NCBI GenBank assembly: GCA_002269645.1
Contig: NIVC01001000.1
Coordinates: 124,001 to 188,000, forward strand
Source: Macrostomum lignano
Taxonomy: Eukaryota
DNA length: 64,000 nucleotides
Reading direction: 5' to 3'
Below are positions 35,001-48,788 of the stretch, piece after piece (the stretch's first letter is position 1; every line of letters begins with the position of its first letter). The translations under genes were made by a program, and so were the position numbers. A model generated the notes under the pieces. It worked only from the letters and a program-made list of their open reading frames with translations. It did no database searches and was not told the origin of the DNA.

Positions 35001-37820
35001 CTCCTATTATACGGTAAATCCCATTAGAAAGCTGAATCGTTTAATCAGGTTGAGAGAAGGCTTGAGTCGGCGGTATAAGCTTGGTTTACGCTGTGTCAAC
35101 ACGTTCTGGGGAGTTCCGAAGAGAGTCAGTCAGTCTCAAGTCTGAAAGGGTTTTTGAAGCGATATTGAGAAAGTGACTGATGATCTCCAGTCTTTGAGTT
35201 CTGTATAAGCAATAGAAACCCCCCTTGAAGCTCGCTTTACACACATATTAGTGCCTGAGTGCAGGGATTGGCATCTTCAGTTTCATTCTTGACCCACTGC
35301 GATCGAGGCCCTATACGTATATGCGCATGGAGGTCTTTAGGAAAAATATAGCAAACAGACCAGCAACTTGGCTTTTATACTTGGCGGTGCCTGACCGTTG
35401 AAATTGGGAGGCGGCGGGCCCGAGAAAGTATGGAGAAAAGCTGGACAAACAAGGCAATCCGAGAGTTCTAAGCCAGCCGACGGTTCCCCGAAAATCCCCA
35501 AAAAACAAAGGTGTTTCGGTTTGGGGAGGACTGCAATAATAAACACCTATAAGACAGGGATGCAGGCTTGAGGATCAAATTGTTTGCACACTCCTGCGCA
35601 GTGTGGGTGTCCGGCTAAACCTTATCGAATAGATTTTTTTCTCTTGGCAAAAAATGGCTAATTTTTTTTCTTGTGCGGAAAATAGCGGAGAATGCCGAGA
35701 GCCGCGTGAATAGGAGATGTCAGCTGTCTGTCACGATCGCTGGCCAAATGTAAAAAAGAAGAATTCGATTCCCAAAGTCTGGCAAACTTGCAATGCGGTC
35801 TTTGAATTCCTCAGCAACTTAGGTGGCCGGTTTTCCGTCTGCTGGTCTGAGGAATGCTGCAAGAGGGTTGGACAACTCTCGATGGTTTTCTAAAATTGTG
35901 CATAATATGCATCTATTGTTTGTTTATATTGTTTTGATAACTACGAGTATTGAATTACATGTATATAGGATGTTAAAACAGGCTGAAGACAGAAAGAGTA
36001 TTGAGTGAGATATGGAGAGACTACTGAGTGAGATACGGAGTGCTGAGTGAGATATGGAGAGAGTGCTGAGTGAGATATGTAGAGAGTGCTGAGTGAGATA
36101 TGGAGAGAGCATTGAGTGAGATGGAGAGAGTGCTGAGTGAGATATGGAGAGAGCATTGAGTGAGATGGAGAGAGTGCTGAGTGAGATATGGAGAGAGCGT
36201 TGAGTGAGATATGGAGAAGATATGGAGAGAGTGTTGAGTGAGATAGAGAGATTAGTAAGTCATAATTCGTTATCCGTTGATATTACGCAATGTAATTTTA
36301 ACAAGCCGTGTCCTGTCCCCACAGCTGGAATCCAACTTGAAGCGCTCCGAAAGCGAACAGTCCGCGAGTTGCAACGCCTCCGCTGCCTGTTGGACACCTA
36401 CGGCCTGTTGCTAGGTCAGGTGAATCGACTGCGAATGAAATGCGGCCTCGAGCCTCTGCAGGACTTTCGGAACACTGGCGGACTCAATGTCGAGTGAGTT
36501 GATGCATGCCACACCATGGGATTATCTGGAGCCCCCTAGGGGGTTTGATTGCTAGTCTAATTGACTAAAATATTGAAATTCAAGTAGGAACCGGTTTAAA
36601 TGCAGCAATAAAGTTTGAGTTCGATTTCAGTTAAGAAGTTTTTTACGAGCCGTAGCATTAAATTAATTTTTTATTAAGCTATTTTCTTTATTATATGCAA
36701 AAAGTGCAACCAAAGACAGTAACGGAAGCAAGCAAAGTTCCTAATGTACTTTTATATGTGAAGTCTTATAGCTCGAAACGTGGATATTTTTCGACCGAGT
36801 AAAAATCCCCAGTCAAATCTTTTCGAAATCCGTTTAGACAAAAAGCCGTATCTTGAGCAATTCCGCTTCTCAATGATGTATTTTTAAGCTGTATTTTTAG
36901 CATAACTACGAATACTGTAGCTTCAAAAGTTCAGGGCTTACTTTGCAGAATAAAATTCCTGTCTCTCAAACATAATTCAAAGTACATGTAGTGGCAAGTC
37001 TTTAAAAATATTCCCGTACATTGACACGTGTTGTGCGAGCTTGCGAGCAGTGGAGTTGGTTATTATGTCATGATTTCAAAAAAAGTACTCCTCCGGTTTT
37101 AACCACCCCTAATCCCGAATTGCATCCAGCATCGCGAACAAATGCGGTCAGATCCCGATGGGCAACAATGGGTCAGCCGCGGCCGCGGCAGCCGCTTTGG
37201 ACTTCATGAGCCGGCACCTGCTGGGTTTCGGTACGCCGTTCCTGCCGAATTTTGGCGGCGTCGGCGGCGGCGGTGGTGGCGGAGCATTCCTGCCGTCGCC
37301 TCCCGGATCTGCCGTCTATCATCATCTCCAGCATCAGCACCAGCAGCATCATCAGCATCAGCATAATCAGCAGCAGCAACAGTCGCTGCCACCGCCTCCA
37401 CCGCCGATGTCCGCGGCAGCAGCAGCCGCTGCCGCCGCTGTAGCAGCCGCCGCCGCAGCCGCCGTCAGCTCTTCGTCGAGCAGCCTGTGCGGCCGGCTCT
37501 ACCCTCCTCCTCACCCGCACTCCCTGACCCCGAGGCCGGGCAGCTCAAACGCCGCCCTGCACCAGCCGGCAGCTCTGTCAACAACTTCCTCGTCCTGCCC
37601 ATCGGCTGGCGTCTCCATGCAGCAGCCGATGCCGCAAGTCTGTGCCACGGCCACGGCCGCCGCCGCCTTTCGACAGCAACCGCCGCCGATGAAAGCTTGC
37701 ACCTCCTGCCACCAGCAGATTCACCGGAATGCGCCAATCTGCCCGCTCTGCAAAGCCAAGAGCCGGTCTAAGAATCCCAAGAAGCAGAAGCGAAAGATTG
37801 ACGGCTCGCTGATTGGTTGA
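32051..37820 (+). CDS. ZC4H2: Zinc finger C4H2 domain protein: exons 32051-32222, 36325 (or 36306)-36493, 37130-37820; first coding exon not located
   Basis: Exon 32051-32222 ([20 protein letters not shown]) aligns with the human coiled coil ([20 protein letters not shown], recalled). Exon 3 gives [11 protein letters not shown]...[11 protein letters not shown]. The last exon ends in the C4H2 finger. GT-AG sites with phases 2/0/2. One apparent 1-nt frameshift in exon 3. Confidence 0.8.
32345..33075. repeat. 20-bp minisatellite (CCCACAGAACCATAGAATCG) in ZC4H2 intron, spacer-specific
   Basis: Direct reading. Confidence 0.93.
33700..34305. repeat. 16-bp minisatellite (TGTGAAGAATCGAGTY) in ZC4H2 intron, spacer-specific
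   Basis: Direct reading; stop-free in all three minus-strand frames. Confidence 0.93.
36000..36250. repeat. ~21-23-bp minisatellite, mirror of 28165-28420
   Basis: Direct reading. Confidence 0.9.
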
Positions 37821-38895
37821 GAGACTCTCAGTATCTCCCTGACCGAAAATTGACATGCAGATCGAGCGTTTCACTTTTGCATGCAATCGGGGACTATAAA
37901 ACTAACTAATAATATGGTTCGTTTAGCGATCGATATCTATAACAAACATGAAAGTCAAGCGTTGCCTTCAAACTACAGTTTAAAATGCGAGTTGTTGTTA
38001 GCTGTGTAGATTGGCAAGCTATATTAAATTTTTGTTTGCGTACAAACTTGTTTGACTACATATTGTATGTCTATATTATTTGCCACTTTTTTTATCTTGT
38101 ATGTAATTCATTTCTCTGTGTACTTATTAAATTCTGATTTCGTTAAATGTCCTAGCTATAAACAGCCTGTCAGTTTTATTTGCGTCTGTTTTATCGCACT
38201 CGACGCACCCTTATTATTTTACCCCCGCACCAAATTAAACAACATCACTGTCAATTTTTTAATTTATGCAACTTTCCTTTCTTCAGACCTCAATATTCAT
38301 TCATGACAAAATCAACTTCTATATACTGATGCTGAAATTCTTCTGGGCCATCTGTTTCAAATCTACTAGCTGTAATAGTAAAAATATAACAAAAATCAAC
38401 CGTTATCAACTCTTTGTGAGTCGTGCACAAAGTGTACGCATTTAAATCTTTTGGTTACTCATTTGAGTCGCCAGACTATAGAACCAGGACAGAATTAAGG
38501 GGTTCCAAACTTTTAATAGGCAATTAAAAATAGTACAATATACTTTTGGTTAACTTCATGGCATTGTATCATACCTCACTAGCTGTGTGAATAATTTAAA
38601 TGTAAAAAATCTTCTGATGTGCTGTGCGTTGCTTAGGACCTTACGTATACAGTACAGGTACTTACACCGCGCCCGCGTGTTCTCATCAAAATGTACGCCA
38701 TGCTACACAGGGACGTCGCCAAGGGGGACGGGCCGGGATATTCCCCACTAAAAGTTGTGGGAGGGGACCAAAAACCAGTGTATACCGGTAACACTACATG
38801 CACAATGGTCCTTGGAGGGGACATGCCAAATGCTTTATAGTCCCAAGAAATTTGCTTCAGGAATTTGAATTTGAAGTGTCTGAGTGTCTGTAGAA

Positions 38896-38996
38896 CCAAT
38901 GCAAGACTAAAATACTAACAGTGTACACAACATGCATGTACATTTTGAGTATACATTTTGAGTGTGTACACTGTTAGTACTTTTGTCTTGCATTGG
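38896..38996. repeat. ~100-bp fold-back, mirror of 25426-25526
   Basis: Same inverted arms. Confidence 0.7.
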
Positions 38997-39002
38997 GTCT
39001 TA

Positions 39003-40864
39003 CAGCCATGACAGCAACCAGGCCAGTGCTGCCAGGGACGAGCTGCAGCGCATCCACGCCCAGCGGACTGAAGCCTTCATCGAAGAGGCTGTGGGCGAAA
39101 TCCAACTCGCTTGCCACTGACAACTGCCGCCATAGTTCTGCCATAGGACGGCCATCAACCAGCTGACTGGCAGGAAGCCCAAGCCCAACACCATCGTCGG
39201 CGCTGATTCCACCGAGCACCACAAGGCCCTGCTGGCCACTCACTACTGCGAGGTGCTCAACGCGCCCGTTATAGCTGCGCCTCTTCTGCCAATCCCAGAC
39301 TCTTCGCTCCAGCCCAGCCAGGCGCCTTCAACACCGGCCCCATCACTTCGGGCGAGGTTGGCCGAGCACTGAAGATCATGCGAGCTGACGCCGCCGCTGG
39401 GGTGGACGCCATCCCTCCCAGGGTCCTGAAGCTGTCCGAGCTCACCCCAATCATTACCAGCCTGCTGAAAAAGCACTGCAGCCTTGAAGGCAACGAGACC
39501 GCTTCAGCTCCTCAGCAATGTGCACCTCCAAGATTGTCTTCATCCTGAAGAAAGGCGCCTCCACCAGCCTGGACAACCAGCGGGGCATCGCTCTGGAATG
39601 CACAAAGCCGAAGCTGCACTGAACACAATTCTGCTCAACTGCCTCCTAGCCCGGCCTCAACCCACTGCTGCTGAGCCTCCTAGCCCGGCCTCAACCCACT
39701 GCTGCTGAGCCTCCAAAGTGGCTTCCGTCCGGGCAGGTCCACCACCGAGCAGGTTGCCACCATCCGCTCTGTCATCGAGGCCTGCAAGACGGCCGCCAGC
39801 GCTCCGTGTCAATCATCTTCGTCGACTTTCGTAAGGCGATTGACTCGGTGTCCAGGCCTGCGATCGCGTGGCTTTTATCTCACTATGGTGTACCTGCTGC
39901 GCTGGTGATCACTGTGATGGACCTCTACCGCGACTCCAGGGCTTTTGTAATCTCGCGCGATGACCCCACAGAAGAGTTCGGCACCAGCTCAGGCGTACTT
40001 CAGGGTGACACACTGGCTCCTCTGCTCTTTCTCGTGGTTGTGGATTACGTGCTCCGTCGGTCCCTCTGCGAGGACGACAGCTACTTGCTGGTCTCACGCC
40101 GAAGCTCCAGACACCCTGCTGTTTCGCTTCCCGCTCTCGCATATGCTGAGGATATCGCGCTGCTTTGCCGCGAACCTGCTGCAGCCCAGTGCGCTCTCAC
40201 AAGGCTCTGCGACGAGGGTGCCCGCGTTGGGCTGCTGGTGAACGCTCGCAAGACGGAGGCGCTGCACGTGGGCACGAATACCACCCCAGCCCAATGGAGA
40301 CCGCATCGCGGTGCACGAGGACTTCCGGAACCTCGGTGCCCTTATTATGAACCCCGATGCGATTGTCTCCGACAAGGAGCAACCAGGCCTGGCGCGCCGC
40401 GCACCTGCAAAGGAACGTCTTCAATTCAGCTGCCACAGACGACCTGAAGGTGCGTCTGTTCCGCGTGGCCGTCGAGCCGATCCTCCTGTACGGCATGGAG
40501 GCTGTGCCGCTGACCAAGACGCGAGAGCGAGCCCTGGACGCGCTTTACCGATCGCTGCTGCGCTACGCACTGGGCGTGCGCTACCCGGAGCGCCCGCCTA
40601 TCAGCGCTACCCTCCGCTGGCGCCGTCAGATGCTGCTGGGCCACCACTGCCTACGAACCCTGGGCCCGTAGGTGCGCCCGTCCTTCAGGCTCTGCTGCAA
40701 CGGTCAACCGAGCAACTGCGCCGCGGCCCGGCCCACACTGCCACTCTGACGGACTGCCTCATTGCTGACTTGCAGGCGCTTGCACTGACCCCTCAGGCAG
40801 CTGCCTGCTCCTCCTGCCTGTTCTGCGAGCGCTTACGCGCTAGGGGTCTACTGTGTGCGCCCTA
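39003..40864 (+). mobile_element. 5'-truncated dead RTE/RTEX-like LINE, mirror copy
   Basis: Same RT motifs (YAED at 40142-40153); carries a 34-bp tandem duplication at ~39643-39710. Confidence 0.88.
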
Positions 40865-43800
40865 AAAATGTATATGATGCATGCATATGCTACCGGTTGT
40901 ATTACTAGGTACTATATTTTTAGTACACCTGCTGTACATGTATGCAAATATTTCAACGGTGCTAATACTAGTAGTATAATAATGATATGTTATCCATTCC
41001 ATGAAATGCTGGGGCACCATATGCAGATGAAATCGCTATAGGGATGCAGAATTAGTTGTTACATGTAAACCTGTCGTGCCGCGAAGGGAGCTACATGTAC
41101 GTAACAGTAATAGTGTAGGTTGCGGGCCGACAAACCAAATTTGTTTTTAGACTGTTCATTTGGTTTACATGTACGTTTAATATGTTAATAACGGCACTTT
41201 ACATGTATGTAATTGAATAAAAATTCAACGAGGTCCACTCGATCAGGACTGTGTAACAAGAAATCATTCATATATTAGATCCTCAATTAAAGAGCGCGCC
41301 CGTGCACTGGTAGTATTTTCATCGAAATTTCCCAACAGAATACACACAAGAGTATTTATTCTATTTCGGAATCTACGCAGGTGTATTTTTTGCACAATGG
41401 TAGAATGGGTAAAAAAATCACAGGGTTTGGCATGTTGTTTCATTGTATACTAGGCCCACACTACAGGGAGCGATTCAAAAGCAATAAAATTTTCAAAAAT
41501 TTTTATGTTCCATATACAATAATGTAATACACTAACTGTATTTAGTAAAAAAGTTTGCTATCTTAAAATTTTACCATATATTTGTTTAAATGGTCAACGT
41601 ATAAATCGCATCAATATGACGTTGAATAAGCAGGTCCTCAATCTGCTTAGTACTCAACTGCTTCAGTAGTTAGTGTCAGACTGGATCATCAGGACACATA
41701 TGGGCGATATGGCTTATGTCGTATGACGTTAAACATATGTTAATTTTTCATTGACATTAGAAGGCCTATAATTTTTATAAAATATTATGTATTACCTACC
41801 TAATTTATATTTAATTTAGATCTATATTCCTGAAAGCATTGGTAGGCCCATTAAAGTGCTATCCTAGGCTTAATTTTTGTTGAGTAGGGGCCTAAATTAA
41901 ATTAAGAGTACATAGCAATGGCCTAGGCAAATTTAACAATGAGCAGAACTCAAAAAAGTTAAGCATTGGCAATATTTGTGAGAGCTAAAATTGCAGCTAG
42001 TATTGTATAAAATATCAATAACCCAAAGGCCAAAGCTAGGCCTAATGTCATAGGCTTAACCCATAGGCCTATATGGCCTTATGATAAGGCCATGGCCATC
42101 TATAATATTCCCTTTTAGATTTGAAACAAAATAGTACAAATGAGATTGAGAATTTATAGGCCTAGGTAGTGCTGGTGACTGGTCTAGCCTAGCTTTTTAT
42201 GTTAAGAAGTAAAGACAAAGTAGTAATTATTAAAGTAGTAGGCCTAATAAATAGGCCTATTAATTAATTTGTTATAATTAGACCTAGACATTTCATATTT
42301 ATACAATTATATAGGCCTATTAAAAAGTTTTGGCAATAATATGCTGTGTGCACTTATACTATAGGCTAGTAGGCCTAGCTAGGATCAAATTGTTTGTGGT
42401 TAGTTTGCTAGGATATATTACTTTGTCTATTGTCAGTTAATTTGCTAGCAGATAAAATGAGTTTTTAGTGGTGGGTATGTTTATTGTTTGTTTAGTATAA
42501 TTATGAGGTAGGGGTTAAGAAAGAAAATAAAAAAAATTTGGATTTGGATTTTCCTTGTAACTGATTGGCATTGAGTTTGCACAAATGAATACAGAAATGG
42601 TGCAGACGAATCACAACAAATTGCTTTCTCCTGTTTTATTTCAACAGCCGGGGTCCTCAAATTCTGGGGGGAGGGTAGTCGTAATCATAGCGGAGCAGTC
42701 TTGTAGTGGCACGGTCATTCAAACAATAATACACTAGAGATTTTGGCGTCATAAAATTAATGTGTTAATTTGCTGAGCTGGTTACTTTTGGTAGGGTAGT
42801 TGCTGCCACCACTATAATTTAAATATTTTGGAACAAATTAAGTCTTAGAGCTTTCTTTGAGATGAGAACTTTGGTTTTTTTATGCCCCATAGGCAAATGA
42901 CTCAAGCAATACTATGGCTTATGTCAACAGATAAATGTGGTGTTTATGTTTATTAAGTTTCATTTATTATTTAGCAGGCTTAATAAAAAAGTTACTAATG
43001 CTATTTATAATTAGGACAATTACTGAGCTTTGCATTTAATTTATTATGACGACAATGATTGTGGGCGCCAGTGCGCAAAACGAGTTAAGAAAGTAAAATT
43101 GAACTAAACTTGGCAAAAGAAAACTGAAGTGAAGGAGGAGAAGAAATGCATGAACCTAAGGTGGCACGTCATAGGCTGTATAAATATTAATGGGGAGGCC
43201 ACAGTCAATGAGTGGGGCTGCCACTGGTTGCACTGGTGGACCAAAATCCTAGACGTGGACACAACAGATGGAACAGCTTTAATGACATGCAAATTGAGAA
43301 AATAAAACAAAAAATTTAAGCAAAATTCCAGCAGGGGAAAACTGTTTTTTTCATAGAATGGGATGACAAAACACTTGCTAGATCTCTAATCAAAGGAACA
43401 TGAGAAAAAATGATTAGCAAACAGACAAGAAAAAATTAACTCTTTTGTGAGCAGTTTGAAAGGCTATTAAAAAATAAAACAGTTAATTAAAATTCAGACC
43501 AGTTGCACCCAACTGCCACAATTATATGACATAAATACTATATATTGTATGATTAGTTAATTAATTCAGGTATAATTTAGCCATCAATATTCAAAGCAAA
43601 AAACAAATTATTATAGTTTATTTATACACTGCATAATATAATTTAAAGAGATGACACTATGTAATTTAGCTTTCATTTTTAACTGTGATTTTAATCTTTG
43701 ATTTTTATATTTTAATTATGATTTTGTAACCTATTTCCTATGAATTTAGTTGTAGTTATCCCATCTCCTATTTTTTCACTATGAACTCTTTTTTTTACTC

Positions 43801-45785
43801 TAAAGAAAAAACCACATGAGCTTTAAACTTTGTGCAAAATTTCTCCCAAAATGTAAATTGAAAACTTCCAACTGCTGATCATTCATCTGCTTATTTGCTT
43901 ATTTGCTGCAAATACTGCTCTTTACACTAATATATGCTTTGCTGCTTCATTGCTAGGTATTGTTTTCATTGGACACAATAGCATAGCAGATGAACTGTCC
44001 ACCTTAGCATGGATCTCCAGTAGACAAACTGATAGCAGATTAAATGACCTAGTTTGCCCCTAGTTTGTACTATAGACAACAGGAAAAATGACCATTGCTT
44101 CATGGCTACACCAATACATGATTAAATTGAGTGCTTATAAAATAAACTAGATTATAAAATGGTAATATTAGGGCAATGCCAACTTTGATTATAGCTACAA
44201 TAAAATGTTAGTATGAATAGATAACTTGCTATTGCAATAATTGAATGAATTATGAATACTTGATAAATATCTAAAACAATAAGATCTAATAAAATTGCTA
44301 TCATTTTGCACCATTGCCAAGAAAGTGTTCAGTGTATGCCAGAGTTTTTTAGGCAAAATTGAAAGTGATATACCAAGTATGCCAAAAATTAGAAATGTGA
44401 CTGTCATGTATACCAAAATTTCAAAATGATGCAACCTTACTTTGCCCTATGAGAATAAAGATAAATGATCCTTTTTACATTCCAACAATCAAGGACCTTT
44501 TCTATTGTTAGGTTTAATGTTTACATGTACACTATAACAAAATAAGTGTTGTATCTATTACTTAATAACAACTTGCCATCACAAAGTTCTAATACTTAAA
44601 CCCTTTAAAAACACTATCACATTCAATTAGTATATATATTTTTATTCACACTCCTATCCCCTCTTAACTGCTACCTTTTTCTTCAAAATTTTCTATTAAA
44701 TTTTAGAAATTGGAAGACACTTGTACCTATTTTCAAATAGCTTTGTATACCACCTTGCATACCAAATACAACTTTTTAAGATTCAAACACACCAAATATG
44801 CATGCCAATGAACTTAGAACTATAAATACAAAATAGTCTCCTTTGTAGGTATCCATTATTATCCATTTTTATATGCTTTTTGTCTATTATAAGATTTGAA
44901 TAAAGATATATGATAACTATGAAATTTCACTATACATATAGTCATTATCTGCATAATAACAGAATTTTATAAATTGTGCTTATACAATTCTCATACAATA
45001 TAAAAATCTATTGTCATAATTAGAGCTAGTTGCTATATATAATATAGTGCTCATAAGGTTGCTTATGCATCATTGGAAAGATAATTTCATTGATTTCTTT
45101 TTCTCTTGCCTAATATAACAATCCGTATATCTTCCAAAAATATATATTGTATACAAAGATTACCTATTGAACATGTTTTATACCCTTAGTCTAACTAATT
45201 TTAGCTAAGATTAAAAATGTTTAGTCCAACTTATATTGTCTCTTAGAAATTGAAAATATATAATAGAGTTCTAGCAAATGCCAATGCCTACTTGAAGCTA
45301 CCAATATCTCTACCCTATCCTTTGCATTGCTAATCCTTTCTGATTAGTTGTAGAAGTTTGCAGGCTTCATGTGTATAGATTAATTCTATTTTGCAATTGG
45401 TAGGTGTCTGAAATCCTTAAGAATCCAAATAATTATGAGACTATTAATAATTCACATGAAATATAAACTATAAAAATATCAAATATGAATAGGCTTGAAA
45501 CAATAGGATGTCAATGTCATTTTTGCATCCTGGGTCCGAATCAAGGATTTCAAATTAAAGTTAATATGTCATTTGTGACATACCCTATGGGTCTATGAGC
45601 CAACAAACCTAGACTGTAATATGTATTATAGATAAAGGCTTTAAATTTAGTTTTAAATATTGCTATTGCCAAGTGTAGTCAGTACCTAATATTCATTATT
45701 AATAAATTTCAGGTGCCTATATTCAACAGAGCACCACTTGTTATTATTGTATTGCCTAGGTCACTTGCTAATCAATCAATCAATC

Positions 45786-47984
45786 ATGAAGGCACAACAA
45801 CAACAACAACAGCAACCTCCCAATGCGCAACTTCAAGCATCTGTTTCGCCTAGAATAAAAATTGTGCTGGGCGAAAAGCCCTCTGTCACGCACTGTAACC
45901 CATTCTACCTCATGAGCAAGGAGCCGCCGCAGGAGGCGCCATTGACTGGAGCTTCCAATTTGATCAAGCATCACGATCTTGAGCAGGCTTATTCTATGTA
46001 CTGTACCAGGCGTTTGCGTGAGGAGCTGTCGTGTTTTCTGCCTGGGTTACCTGGGCAGATTGATACTAATGGGTGAGTCTTGGCACAGGCTGATTGCTAA
46101 TAGGTAAGGCTGATTGCTAATAGGTAAGGCTGATTGCTAACAGGTCAGGCTGATTGCTAACAGGTCAGGCTGATTGCTAACAGGTCAGGCTGATTGCTAA
46201 CAGGTCAGGCTGATTGCTAACAGGTCAGGCTGATTGCTAACAGGTCAGGCTGATTGCTAACAGGTCAGGCTGATTGCTAACAGGTCAGGCTGATTGCTAA
46301 CAGGTCAGGCTGATTGCTAACAGGTCAGGCTGATTGCTAATAGGTCAGGCTGATTGCTAACAGGTCAGGCTGATTGCTAACAGGTCAGGCTGATTGCTAA
46401 CAGGTCAGGCTGATTGCTAATAGGTCAGGCTGATTGCTAACAGGTAAGGCTGATTGCTAACAGGTAAGGCTGATTGCTAACAGGTCAGGCTGATTGCTAA
46501 TAGGTCAGGCTGATTGCTAACAGGTCAGGCTGATTGCTAATAGGTCAGGCTGATTGCTAACAGGTCAGGCTGATTGCTAATAGGTCAGGCTGATTGCTAA
46601 TAGGTCAGGCTGATTGCTAATAGGTCAGGCTGATTATTAATGGGTCAGTCTGATAATTAATGGGTCAGGCTGATTATTGGGTCAGACTGGTTAATGTGTC
46701 AGACTGATTATTAATGGGTCAAACTGGTTACTAATGGGTCAGACTGATTATTAATGGGTCAGACTGATGATTAGTGGGTCAGACTGATTATTAATGGGTC
46801 AGACTGATTATTAATGGGTCAGACTGATGATTAGTGGGTCAGACTGATGATTAGTGGGTCAGACTGATGATTAATGGGTCAGACTGATAATTGGGTCAGA
46901 CTGGTTAATATGTCAGACTGATTATTGGGTCAGACTGGTTAATGTGTCAGACTTATTATTAATGGGTCAAACTGATTATTAATGGGCCAGACTGATAATT
47001 AGTGGATCAGACTGATTATTAATGGGCCAGACTGATAATTAGTGGATCAAACTGATTATTAATGGGTCAGACTGATGATTAGTGGGTCAAACTGATTATT
47101 GATGGGTCAGACTGATTATTTATGAGTCAGACTGATTTTTAATGGGTCAAACTGATTATTAATGGGTCAGGCTGATTGCTAATGCATGTGTCTAATGACT
47201 TATGGGTGTTGGACTGTCAACTCAATATATTATATTTGCATTAAAATCTCTCTTCAGATTCGAAGACGGCTCATCCCTGTCCGAGATGATCGAGCGACCG
47301 CCAGTTACTGGCAAAGATTTGGCCCCACTATCGGCCAATGCCATGTCCGCTTTTCGTCTACACGAGGGTCCCGTGCCGCCTGAGCTGGCTCAGTTGTTTA
47401 ACAAGCCGCCGCCCCAGCAGCAGCAACAGCAGCAGCCGCAGCCACCTACTCCCCAATCGTCTCAGCAGTCTCAGCAGCCTCCAGGTCGAACTAGGAAGCG
47501 TCGTCACGAAGCCGTCATCACAGATTTGATTGGCAGCAGTCATAACGAATCTAATCCAGGCGATAATACCAGTGCCAGCTCTAATACTATTGCTGCTTCT
47601 CAATCAACTGCTGCTTCTAGTAGCGTTGGCGTGACCAGTGCTCAGCCAGTTTCTGCTCCTAGCGCTGCTGCTCACGTGAGCGTCGCTTCTGGCGCTCCGG
47701 CTATCAGCAGGTTTGCCGCCGGCGTTCCACCGCTGCCGCCTCCGCAGCCTTTGCCATCGGCCAGCTCTGCTGCCGCTTCTGTTGTTGCTGCTGCTGCTGC
47801 TGCTTCCGCTGCTTCGGCGTCTTCAGCCATGCCGACAGCAGCATTTTCCTCGTCACCAGCGGCCGCTGGACAGTGCTTGAACTCTGCTTCCGCCGCCGCC
47901 GCCGCTAAATTTGATAAAGCCGAACGGAAAGCCGAAAGGAAACGAAAAAAGGAGAAGAAACGAAAGACAAAAGAGAGGACTTGA
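45786..47984 (+). CDS. MED19: Mediator subunit 19, exons 45786-46072, 47258-47984 (337 aa)
   Basis: As for the left copy; intact frame, GT-AG intron. Confidence 0.92.
46088..47180. repeat. 20-bp minisatellites in the MED19 intron
   Basis: Mirror of 17320-18492, different copy number. Confidence 0.93.
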
Positions 47985-48159
47985 AAATCGATCAATGACT
48001 CTCGTTTTTTTAATCCTAATAAATTGAATTAGCGACTGCTAATCTGCATTCTGTACATATTGAAAGTATAAAATTGTTATTAATAAACCTTGTACCGTTG
48101 GTACCTATTACTGCTGGTGATAGTATAGTTTTCAAGTTTTTTATATCATTTAAATTGAA

Positions 48160-48238
48160 GCTACTAACGATTGACATATCCTGGTAAATGTGTCTGATTC
48201 TCGCAACAGATCAAGTGGGTTCGATTCCCGTGTGTAGC
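48160..48238 (+). pseudogene. Degenerate tRNA-like sequence or SINE head, mirror copy
   Basis: B-box GGTTCGATTCC at 48218-48228. Confidence 0.35.
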
Positions 48239-48319
48239 CGCATTCATTTGGGGAAGTGCTCCCAAAAAGGCCAACCCTCCCCCCAGTCAAGAAAGTCATC
48301 AAGGAAAAAAGTTTACTTC

Positions 48320-48680
48320 GAGTAGTCAATAGATATCACTTCCGGTAGTCAGTATATATCACTTTTGGTAGTCAGTAGATATTACTTCTGGTAGGCAGTA
48401 GATATTACTTCTGGTAGTCAATGGATATATTACTTCCGGTAGTCAGTGGATATCACTTCCGGTAGTCAGTAGATATCACTTTTGGTAGTCAGTAGATATT
48501 ACTTCTGCTAGTCAATTGATATATTACTTACGGTAGTCAGTGGATATCACTTCCGGTATTCAGTAGATATCACATCTGGTAGACAGTAGATATCACTTCC
48601 GGTAGTCATTAGATATCACTTCCGGTAGTCATTAGATATCTCTTCCGGTAGTCAGCGAATATATCACATCCGGTAGTCAG
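48320..48680. repeat. ACTTCCGGT-containing 23-25-bp minisatellite upstream of SCFD1
   Basis: Mirror of 15900-16180. Confidence 0.88.
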
Positions 48681-48788
48681 TAGCTAACAGTGTAAATATT
48701 TCTAATAAAATTATAAAATTATTATAAAATTATTCGCGTCATTTTTATGTCTGCAATCAGGCTCCTTGGTACCGACTAGACTAATAAA

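Noticed and set aside
38715-38830. CAGGGACGTCGCCAAGGGGG as a hAT-like terminus
   Set aside because: No matching opposite terminal repeat or TSD found.
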